Origin: Octopus bimaculoides
Lineage: Eukaryota
DNA: 37,382 nucleotides
Assembly (NCBI RefSeq): GCF_001194135.2
Contig: NC_068982.1
Location: 100,084,272-100,121,653 of the forward strand
Direction of reading: 5' to 3'
The notes under the pieces were generated by a model. That model was not told the DNA's origin and did no database searches. It was given only the letters and a program-made list of their open reading frames with translations. A program made the position numbers and the translations under genes. The number at the start of each line of letters is the position of its first letter. The first letter of the stretch is position 1. Shown one piece after another: positions 1-9,674 of this stretch.

Positions 1-254
1 GCTCACGTTTTGGTATGTTACTATATTTCATGTTGAGAACAATTTAGGTCTCAATAGACACAAGATGTGATCTATTTCTAGCGCATTAATTGTCCACGTT
101 AGTGGTCAACGTTATTTTTTTAAAATGTACCTTAATCCCCTGAGATTGCAGATACTATTTCTGAATCTCTTTGATTCTTTAGATGTGCTGGCCTCCTGAT
201 AATTAATCGATATTAATTAATATATGATTAATTACCAAATTTTATAATAATAAT

Positions 255-359
255 ATCATCATCATCATCATCATCATTGTTTAACGTCCGCTTTCCATGC
301 TAGCATGGGTTGGACGATTTGACTGAGGACTGGTGCAACCGGATGGCTACACCAGGCTC
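255..359 (-). mobile_element. RTE 3'-tail fragment with (ATG)n
   Basis: Reverse complement of the tail seen at 4120-4220 and 27480-27576. Confidence 0.9.
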
Positions 360-437
360 ACCATTAAGTAAAGTGGTATGAGTAACGAATATATATTTAT
401 TTAACCACGTGACTTCCATAGGGCTACACCCATTTCA

Positions 438-618
438 CAGCCTTCTTCATGTAGTATTAGATTCAGTATTGAAGAAATTTTGCACACATATTTGCATTAG
501 TGTGTACACTCATCATTATACAATCGAATATTCATAAAGAAAACTAGCATACATGTTAATGCAAACATGTACACATAATTTCTTCCATACTGAAATTAAT
601 ACTACATGAAGAAGGTTG
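438..618. repeat. Inverted repeat (72-bp arms, 37-nt spacer), MITE-like or foldback element
   Basis: 438-509 versus reverse complement of 547-618 align without gaps. Confidence 0.9.
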
Positions 619-1344
619 CAACTAAATCAGTAATTGCAGGTTACACCTGGGTCTCAGCATTTGGTAGCCACCAGCCTCAGCACTGTAGCCACTTGCTGCA
701 GGTACTTGCACAGCTGGTTATGCCTCATGCATTCTGGTCATAAGATATAGTCGGCCTACGCATTGGCTGCAATGCACTTATCATACTGCAATCAGGATGT
801 TTAAGCTGCAACAGCAACTTCTGCTCATCACTAACTGGTGCTTGTGAGTCAAATTATGTGGCATCACATCCTTCAATTTTGGTGATTCTGAAACTACAAC
901 CAGTATTGATTTTAACAGAAGAATGAAAGGCATATTAACAGTTTGTGTAGGAAAATGAAACTACTTTCTACTTTTTTAAAACCATCCCTACTGCCATACA
1001 AAAATAAGACTTGAGAGACAAAGCCTAAGAATATTCAATTTACATTCCTATGAAATAGCCTGAATTATAACAGAAGGACCCTGTTTTTTGCTGACAGGAA
1101 AATATTAATAATAAATGCCCTCTTATACTATTCTGAAGAACTTTTATTCTTGAAACGAATAATTATTAAAGTTCTTTCATAAAGAGCTCCAACATGTGTT
1201 AATTAAACTAGATCTCTAACTCCAATACTCACACTTCGCTTCTTTATTCTCAACCAAATACATCCATCCATTTTTATATCTGCCTACCCAGTCTACATCT
1301 ACAAAAATCCAGATGCTTCTTTGGCTTTCTCCACCACATTTAAA

Positions 1345-1688
1345 TAAAAAGTAAAGACTCCCTTCAGTTATGAATGGCTATGGGATTGCACCTACAAAGT
1401 TTCATTCTAAGGCACAAGTCCAAACAAGGTTGTTTATGGAAACCAGCAATCACCCATGCATACCAACCTCCCCTCTCCAAATCACTGATGTTATCCAAGG
1501 GAAAGGCAAAATGCCAATACAACTTAGCACCAGTGATGTTGCAACTCATTTCTACAGCTGAGTGAACTGGAGCAATGTGAAATAAAGTGTCTTGCTCAAG
1601 GATACAACACACAGCCCGGTCCAGGAATCAAACTCACTACCTCATTATTGTGAGCCCAACGTTCTAACCAGAGCTATATGCCTTCACC
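1345..1688 (-). mobile_element. tRNA-derived SINE
   Basis: Minus-strand head with A-box-like tagctctggttag and B-box-like gagtttgattcc, followed by ccttgagcaagacacttt as in the 19437 copy. Confidence 0.8.
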
Positions 1689-1836
1689 ACTCTTAAATAA
1701 TCCCCCAGATATTCAGGTACATATCAAATGCATCAAATTAATCTAACCTTCTTCACATAACCCAATCATTATGAGACTCTCCCCATGTTAGGAGTCTGGA
1801 CACATCGCTTGTTGGACACAAAGAAAATCAACATAC

Positions 1837-1916
1837 CAGCTGAACCTTGAGTAGAGTGCTATCATTATGATCTCTTTCAATATCTGATTGGTTGGTTGCA
1901 TTAAGCATTGATTTGT
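1837..1916 (-). CDS. SLC23: SLC23-family extracellular-loop exon ((Y)KSMLNATNQSDIERDHNDSTLLKVQL), 80 nt
   Basis: Acceptor atatttttcag, donor CTG|gtatgt. Starts phase 1 (joins 19055 exon as T+AC=Tyr) and ends phase 0, as expected before the IQG/LQG exon. Open frame with three N-X-S/T sequons in the loop that is glycosylated in SVCT1/2. Sequence similarity itself is weak. Confidence 0.78.
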
Positions 1917-3928
1917 CTGAAAAATATGGGTTTAAGGAGAAATTCATGATGAAGATTCACTTTAAGCATATCAGATAAATATTTTTTGAACAGATAAAAT
2001 TTCCAAGAGGATAAAATGGAGACTGGCAGTGAAGCAATAGCTGTTTAGAAAAAAAAGCTTAAATTATCAATATTGCTAGTGTACAAAGAAATACATAGTG
2101 AGTCTATGTTTAAATATTTCTTAGCTTCACAATAGTTTCGAGAAATCATGTCAATATCTGATCTCATATTATCTCCAACAGACATTTTGTGAAATAAAGT
2201 GGAAAAACAAGTGGACTTATTTTATTAAAGAAACTAAGGATGACCATCAAAGAAGGTTGCTGTCCTAAATATCTCCCCTCCTTGTGGCCCACAAATATAC
2301 CTTACTTGACTAACATTACTTATGTTATTAACCTAGAAAGAGGTGAATGGCAAAGTTTATCACCAAGTGATTTAAATGCAAAACAATGATAAATTTGTAG
2401 AGATATTATAAAGCATCCATGTACTTCTGTTCTGATATACAGGGAATAATACAAAGAAAATTGGTCAAATCCTGATGAAAAGCTTGTTGAAAACACAAAC
2501 TGTTGGGCTTGAGAAAAGAAATCAGTCACTTCCCCAATGTTTGCCTTCAGCCTAAATTGTAGTTTTTGTATATATACTAGCATTAATATTTTCAAAGCAA
2601 CCAAAACCAGCCAGAAAATGATGTCTTTGTACACATTTAATCTGTAGTCATTGCAAAACAAGATAGAAAACTATAGATCTCAACTTAAACCTTAATCCAC
2701 CTAATCAGAATAAACGAAACTAAAATATAGCCTTCAAAAAAAAAAAACTTCTAAAGAGGCATAAATATTTATCGAAGAATATGATGAAATAATAAAAACG
2801 CTAGCATTCCTATAATTTTAGAAGTTATGTGAAATCTTGATTTCATACTGTAAGTACAAGCTGTTTCCCAACTCAACCATTTTTGTTCTTTTGACAGTAC
2901 CACGGTCATCTGTATTCTTGTCAATCTAAACATAATTAAATACTACAGAAGACAGAGCTCGGTGCTGTGACAATATAATCAATAAATATTGTATTATGTT
3001 GCAGTGCTGAGGTGAAACCACCTGGAGAATGCAACACGAGTCTAATTCAGTATATCCTTCTTAGAAGATGGATAATCCCACCCTTCACAAAGTCAGTATA
3101 GATAATCCCCCAGCAATGACTATATACATCTGATTAAGAAAATTTTAAACAAGTAACTGTCACAAATTCACAAATTAAATATGCTATTATATAAAGAAAG
3201 AAAAATAGTGTTGTGTGATTCATTGAAATATAACATTGACAAAGCAATTTATGAGAAATGGACAAAATGTAATTATTTCCACAAAATGAAAATACTTTTA
3301 TTGTATTTTTTTGTTGTTGTATACCTTAGTATGATATTATTAAATACGTGCTGGAATCTGTACTAAGTAGGTGTAATAAAATCTCAAGACCTAGGACACA
3401 CCAACATCAACATCTTCCACCGCCTGATAACGTGGTTTTAATAAATATGCTAAGGAATCACATATGCAAAGGTCATATAACTCTGAGATGCATAGTCAAA
3501 CACAACTGAAAGGTACCCCCCTCTCTCTCTCTCTCTCTCTCTCCATCACACAAACAGACATGCACTTTAGAACTATGGTTGCTACATGTGCAATATATAT
3601 AAAGAAGGAGAAAGTGTAATGGCAAAAGCAATTATATATATTTTTTCTTTTGCTGATCCAATGAAAAAAGAAAACCAACAGAATTGTACTTTAAAACTTC
3701 AGTGCTTCGATATTGATCAACATATAATATTTTTAAAATTTATTGATAAAATATTGGTGGTTCGACAGTGTGATTACTTCTCAAACTATTTCTAATCATT
3801 AAAAACAAACACTCACACATGTCATTGAATTATTCTCTTTGAGTTATCTTCAAACTAACAGTTTCTATCTGTAAACAGTTGATGATAATTAGAATATAAT
3901 TTACACACACACACACATATATATATAT

Positions 3929-4220
3929 GGACCAGTGCCCCTAGACTGGCTCTTGTGCGGGTGGCACATAAAAGACACCATTTTGAGCGTGGCCGTTGCC
4001 AGTACCGCCTGACTGGCCCTCGTGCACGTGACACGTAAAAGCACCCACTACACTCTCGGAGTGGTTGGCATTAGGAAGGGCATCCAGCTGTAGAAACTCT
4101 GCCAAATTAGATTGGAGCCTGGTGTTGCCATCTGGTTTCACCAGTCCTCAGTCAAATCGTCCAACCCATGCTAGCATGGAAAGCGGACGTTAAACGATGA
4201 TGATGATGATGATAATGATG
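3929..4220 (+). mobile_element. RTE 3'-UTR-derived short element (about two internal units + tail)
   Basis: Matches the 3' UTR and tail of the LINEs at 6936 and 28392. Ends (ATG)n. Confidence 0.9.
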
Positions 4221-4374
4221 TGTTTATAGGCAAATGAATCAAAATCTAACTGAATGTGATGGAGAGAAAAAGGGAAGAGGTAGAAATATGTTAAAGAGAT
4301 TATCATCATTACCAAATATATTTGTTGGGGGTGGATATACACCTTTGTTTTGATATCATGTACTGGTTGTAAAC

Positions 4375-4768
4375 AAGCAAGTGTGGCTGTGTGGTAAGAA
4401 ACTTGCTTCCCAAATACACGGTTCCAGGTTCAGTCCCACTGCATGACACCTTGGGCAAGTGTCTTCTACTATAGCCTTGGGCTGACCAAAGCCTTGTGAG
4501 TGGATTTTGTGGATGGAAACTGTAAGAAGCCTGTCATGTATATATATATATGTATATTTATTTGCGTGTCTGTGTTTGTCACTCCACCATCACTTGAGAA
4601 CGGATGTTGGTGTATTTACGTCCCCATAATCAGCAGTTCAGCAAAAGAGACTGATAGAATAAGTACTAAGCTTACAAAGAATAAGTCCTGAGATTGATTC
4701 GTTCGACTAAAGGCAGTGCTCCAGCATGACCGCAGTCAAATGACTGAAACAAGTAAAAGAATAAAATC
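4375..4768 (+). mobile_element. tRNA-derived SINE (second family; partial copies near 11630-11770, 21535-21690, 24800-24900)
   Basis: A box tggctgtgtgg, B box ggttcagtccc, then ccttgggcaagtgtctt, an internal (TA) tract and an A-rich end. Confidence 0.85.
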
Positions 4769-4789
4769 ATCAACAGTATATAAGCAAAG

Positions 4790-4978
4790 TTGTTCATTTC
4801 CAGCCTTCTGCAAAAAACATGTCTAGCCATAGGAAAATACTACCCTGCCTAGAAAGGGGTTAGGGTTAGCAACAGGAAGGGCATCTGGCTGTAGAAAATC
4901 TGCTGCAACAAAAATTCTGTCTCATCCATACAAGCATAGAAAAGTGGAAGTTAACTGATGAGGATGATGATGATGACT
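4790..4978 (+). mobile_element. Short element with a diverged RTE-type tail but different body (relatives near 11170-11360, 17620-17760, 23570-23720)
   Basis: aggaagggcatc..gctgtagaaaatctgc...agcatagaaaagtgga..ttaa..gatgatg tail resembles the RTE tail. Confidence 0.6.
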
Positions 4979-5161
4979 ACAAATATAATTAAATTTTCAT
5001 GTCCACTAATTTAGATAAAGCCTGACAGCATGACATAAATAATTCATCAAATGTATATTAAAATTGTTTATTATAGTTGAAAAGAAAAACATAAAAAAAA
5101 AAGAATAGGACAAAAATCTCAACTATTTTAATATTTTAAATATCTTTTTGCGACTGCTTAT

Positions 5162-5713
5162 TCATCATCATCATCATTTATCATCTGTTGTCCATGCTGG
5201 CATGGGTTGGACAGTTTTACCAGGCTGGCATGCTAGAAGTATTCACCAGTTCAATTTGGCATGGTTTTCTATGGTTGGATGCCCTTCCTAATGCCAACGA
5301 CTCCGAGAGTCCATTGGGTGCTTTTATGTGCCACTTGCATGACACCAGGGTGCTTTTATATAAGGCGTGATCATTACGAGCATCGCCTTCCTGGCACTCG
5401 TGCCAGTGGCACATGAAAAGACATCCGAGCGAGGTCACTGCCAGTGCCGCTGGACTGGCTCCTGTGCAGGTGGCATGTAAAATATACCATTCTGAGCATG
5501 TCCGTTGCCAGTACCGCTTGACTGGCCTTCGTACCGGTGGCACGTAAAAACACCCACTACACTCTCGGAGTGGTTAGCGTTAGGAAGGGCATCCAGCTGT
5601 ATCAGATTGGAGCCTGGGTTAGCCATCTGGTTTACCAGTCCTCAGTCAAATCGTCCAACCCATTCTACCATGGAAAGTGGACGTTTGATGATGATGATGA
5701 TGATGATGATGAT
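5162..5713. mobile_element. Two RTE 3'-tail elements joined head-to-head (5162-~5350 minus, ~5351-5713 plus)
   Basis: (CAT)n at the left end and (ATG)n at the right end. Shared ggatgcccttcctaa/ttaggaagggcatcc motif in opposite orientations. Confidence 0.88.
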
Positions 5714-6180
5714 ATATATATATATATATATACATCTATACAAGTTTGAGGAGGGTATTGGATTTAACCAAACCCAAAAGGATACAGGTAATATCGAGTA
5801 AGTGCACCATTCAAATGAACACAAGCAAAATACCTCGGACACAATATGGCATATATTCACCTCCGCTATCTCAGCCTTTGCTGCAGCAACTATTCCCGGA
5901 TTATTCCCACAAGGATTACTTTACACGGATACTTACTAATGGAATGAAACTACACTCCAAATACTATTCTCTCTTTCTTTCTTTTTTCAGCACATCACAC
6001 TCACTATCACTTCATACTAAAACTCTCCGCTTATGAATATAATAATCGATTCCTTTACCCTTTCTGTCTCCAATGAAGGGAAGTACTGGATCTTCCCAGA
6101 AACAGCTGTAAGACTCTATCCATAAAATTATATTTCCAACCTTACCATTGCTCTCTTTATCCTTTATATATTTATATATA
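5714..6180 (+). mobile_element. Short unclassified element between (TA)n tracts carrying the 6066 hammerhead (probable Penelope-derived)
   Basis: CpG-containing block between microsatellites with a hammerhead motif near its 3' end. Classification is inferred from the ribozyme type. Confidence 0.45.
6066..6114 (+). ncRNA. Degenerate minimal (Penelope-type) hammerhead motif
   Basis: gtct CCAATGA a gggaag tactggat cttccc a GAAAC agct GTA^ agac. Stem I is 4 bp, stem II 6 bp, stem III 2 bp with palindromic tetraloop AGCT. Core G5>A. Confidence 0.65.
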
Positions 6181-6935
6181 TACATCTATATATATATACA
6201 CACATATATCTATTTATCTGTACATATAAATATATATGCATATATCTCTACAAGTACAAGAGATACAGAGAAGAAGTTCAACTCAGGCAGACTACGATTG
6301 GCGTATACATATACGGATTTAATATGATAGAATCGTCTGAAATATATATTAATACATTCAGAATATAAAGATATAGAAATATAAAAATATATATGAATGT
6401 TAAAAATATGCAAGGACAAATAAATATATAGACATATAAATATAATAGTGTATAGATAAAAATATAGATAAGAATAATGAAATATAGAAAGACATTTCTT
6501 TTTAAAAATTCAAAATAAATTATGGAATGGAGGGAGTAATAGATGTTTAAAAAGAGTTTTTGGTACCATATTTAAAGGAAATGAAGTATTCCTACGATCA
6601 TTTCTTGAGTTCATTCAAATAGTACGTTTGAATCTTACAATGATTCACTTCCAAGGAATGCCCCCATCATCATCTAAAGAAAATTTACAATTATACATAT
6701 ATCTATATATGTATATATATAAATATATATATACATATATATATATGTGTGTATGTATGTATGTATGTATGTATGTATATATAGAAGTCCCCTGGTAGCT
6801 TGTTCAATCAAAGCAGTGGTTCTCAATGAATTTTTCCCCATGGACCCCTCTGACTCCTATTTTACTCTACTGGATCCTCATAGATATTCAATGTTTTAAA
6901 AATCCTATTACACTTCTATAATTATTATCAGGAAT

Positions 6936-9300
6936 TCATCATCATCCTCATTATTTAATGTCCGTTGTCCATGCTGGCATGGGTTGAACAGTTTGACCAG
7001 GGCTGGCAAGCTGGAAGGCTGCACCAGACTCCAGTCTGATTTGGCATGGCTTCTATGACTGGATGCCCTTCCTAACACCAACCACTCTGAGAGTGTAATG
7101 GGTACTTTTACATGCCCCTGGCATGGGTGCCATTTGCATAACATAGGTATCTGCCACGACTGCAATTTTACTTGGATTGATGAGTCTTCTTTTCAAGCAC
7201 AACATAATGCCAAAGGTCTGTCACTGCTTCTGTGAGATTCAATACTCAAAAGGAGCTTTTCATGTGCCACTGGCATCGGTCACTTTGCCTCTATGAGGCC
7301 CAACACTCAAAAGGTGCTTTTTACCTGCCACCAGCACAGGTGCCACTTACATGACACCAGCATCAGCCACATTGGTGGGTCTCCTCAAACACAGCATATC
7401 GCCAAAGGTCTTGGTCATTAGTCATTGCCTCTGTGAGGCCCAAAGTTCAAAGATCATGCTTCACCACCTTGTCCCATGCCTTCCTGGGTCAACCTCTACC
7501 ACGGGTTCCATCCACAGTTAGAGATCAGCACTTTCTTACACAGTTGTCCTTGTCCATATGCATCACATGACCATACCAGTGCAGTTGTCTCTCTTGCATA
7601 CCACACCTGATGCCTCTTATGCCTAACTTTTCTCTCAAGATGCTTACACTGTAACAAACATGCACACTGACACCGCACATCCAGAGAAGAATATAGGCTT
7701 CATTTCTTTCAAGCCTCTGCATGTCTTCCGCTGTCAGAGTCCATGTTTCACTGCTGTGTAGCATAGCTGTTTGCACACAGTCATCATACAATCTGCTTTT
7801 CACTCTGAGGGAGAGGCCCTTTGTCGCCAGCAGAGTTAAGAGCTCTCTGAAATTTGCCCAGCCTAATCTTATTCTCACAGCTACACTCTCAGCATCCACT
7901 TCTCACTTGGTTACCTAGATAACAGAAGCTATCTACTACCTCTAGCTTACCCCACTGGAGTTTCTTATGGAGTTTTTACCTACGCTTTCCCACAGAGCCA
8001 TGTATCTGAAGGGATTTGTGATTTGTCTGCCTTCCTACTTACTAAGACTTTGGTTTTTGCAAAGTTAACACTAAGGCCATTTGATTCTAGATCTTGCTTC
8101 CATATCTGAAACTTCTTCTCCAGTTCTGGTAGTAATTCAGCTATAAGAACAAGGTCATCAACATAGAGGAGCCCCCAGGGACAGCCTGTCTTAAATTCCT
8201 CTGTTACTGCTTGGAGGACTATGATGAACAAGAGGGGGCTGAGGATCGATCCTTGCTGTGGCACTCAGCAAGCTATCCCACAGGAATTCCCAGTTGCCCT
8301 CTATGTCACAAGTCTGTAGTTCCTCCTCCCTAACATCAAATTTCTCAGGTAGAATATCCCTAAATCTCTGACCATATGAAGGGTCCGTAAGCTTCCAAAT
8401 CTATCCTTTCTAGATTGGTCTGCTTCTTGGTATCATTCTGGTCTGGATTCTAAAGTCACTAATGTCTAGTCTATGCTGGGGGGTACATTCTTCATCAGGA
8501 AGGGTCTTTGTTTTTAAGAGCAACCATGCATCCAACTTTCTAGCGAGAATGTAATCGATCTGGCTAGCATAATCATCTGATTGGTAGGTTATCAGGTGGC
8601 TGGCTGGCTTCCAGAAGTTGGTGGTGTAGGTCAATAGGTTATTTGCATCACAGAACTCCAGTAGCCTTGTTCCCTTTTCATTTCAGGATCTAATTCCACA
8701 GCCCCCGTCTGACATGCCCATTGAAATCCCCAGCCATGAAGATGAGATCATTGTCACTCACCTTTGAGGTAGCCTGCAGAAGAATATCATAAAACTGGTC
8801 CACTTGTGTGGCATAGGCAGAGATAACTGTTGCTATACTAACCTGAGCTTAAGTACTCTGTTGCACACTTTGACTACCTCTATGACTTTATCCACCCATT
8901 TCTCTGCAAGAGGTATACCCACACCACCTCCCCCATTGCTGTTACTTTTCCAGGTTTTATACCGATGTGTCTTGCCTCTGAGGAACATGGCTGAAGCTCC
9001 TCTCCACCTTACCTCTTGGATGCAACATACATCAACACGCCTCCATTCAATCATCTCAACAATCTTGCTAGACCTACCTTTCAATGTGCCTACACTGACA
9101 GTGCCGACTCTGAAAACTGGGAAAGGGACATGAGAGGGAACATGGAAAGGAGAGATGGAATTTAGCACCTGAAAAGAAGGTTTCAATGATCGTTTGATAA
9201 CTGACATGTCACATCAGTTGTTCTCACTTTAACTTACCATCATTCAAACATGTTAAAATTGTTGCCCCTATTGGGGGTGAGTGTAATGCAAGCAAACATA
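6936..9300 (-). mobile_element. Decayed RTE-clade LINE (APE endonuclease + RT) with internal deletion and intact 3' tail
   Basis: ORF pieces RVGTVSVGTL...CIQEVRW (APE N-terminus), SQIDYILAR, QGSILSPLLF...LLYVDDL (RT), RIRLGWANFRELL...ETWTL...WYGHV (RTE C-terminus). Multiple stops and frameshifts. Ends in an (ATG)n tail at ~6936. The 5' boundary is approximate. Confidence 0.92.
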
Positions 9301-9544
9301 AATAGGTTAATGTTTAAATTAAGTAAATGAGCTGTTATTGGGTAGTCCATTACATATAGAGAGAAAGAAGTAGGTGGTTTGTCAATTTACAAAGTAACAC
9401 ATCTTTTGGTACATGCAGTAGTGTGGATGATTGGTNNNNNNNNNNNNNNNNNNNNNNNNNNNNNNNNNNNNNNNNNNNNNNNNNNNNNNNNNNNNNNNNN
9501 NNNNNNNNNNNNNNNNNNNNNNNNNNNNNNNNNNNNNNNNNNNN

Positions 9545-9674
9545 GAGTCTTCTGGTACAGAAGCAAGGCAGAGTCTTCTGGTACAGAAGCAAGGCAGAGT
9601 CTTCTGGTACAGAAGCAAGGCAGAGTCTTCTGGTACAGAAGCAAGGCAGAGTCTTCTGGTACAGAAGCAAGGCA
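9545..9674. repeat. Minisatellite, five identical 26-bp units (GAGTCTTCTGGTACAGAAGCAAGGCA), probably collapsed into the adjacent gap
   Basis: Exact period 26. N run at 9436-9544 immediately to the left. Confidence 0.97.

Noticed and set aside
630-870. GC-richer block with a protein-looking frame (PVSDEQKLLLQLKHPD...); similar case at 25560-25860
   Set aside because: Stops in all frames and no family recognised; probably decayed transposon but unsupported.
1232-1297. 66-nt segment with good AG/GT sites (YVDWVGRYKNGW...)
   Set aside because: Phase 1-1 cannot follow the phase-0 end of the 1837 exon, and the peptide does not resemble the next SLC23 segment.
2473-2505. CTGATGA...GAAA (and CTGAAGA...GAAAC at ~1134)
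   Set aside because: No stem I pairing and stem II is absent or only 2 bp; likely chance matches.
2320-2661. 113-aa minus-strand ORF
   Set aside because: No recognisable motif, does not fit SLC23 order or phase, and no convincing donor.
2815-2925. Terminal-exon-like frame IDKNTDDRGTVKRTKMVELGNSLYLQYEIKISHNF*
   Set aside because: Phase incompatible with the upstream SLC23 exon (gives an immediate stop) and no family match recognised.
4130-4152. CTGAGGA...GAAAC on the antisense strand of the RTE tail
   Set aside because: Only 5 nt lie between the words, with no stem II, stem I or cleavage triplet; not a hammerhead.
4375-4445. tRNA genes at SINE heads (also 17012 and 19437)
   Set aside because: A/B boxes are present but the cloverleaf is incomplete and each runs into a SINE body.
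6637-6671. 35-nt segment with strong splice signals
   Set aside because: In the frame required after the 19055 exon it contains a stop codon.
9545-9674. CRISPR-like palindromic repeat array
   Set aside because: Units are contiguous with no spacers, no cas genes are present and the context is eukaryotic; it is a minisatellite.
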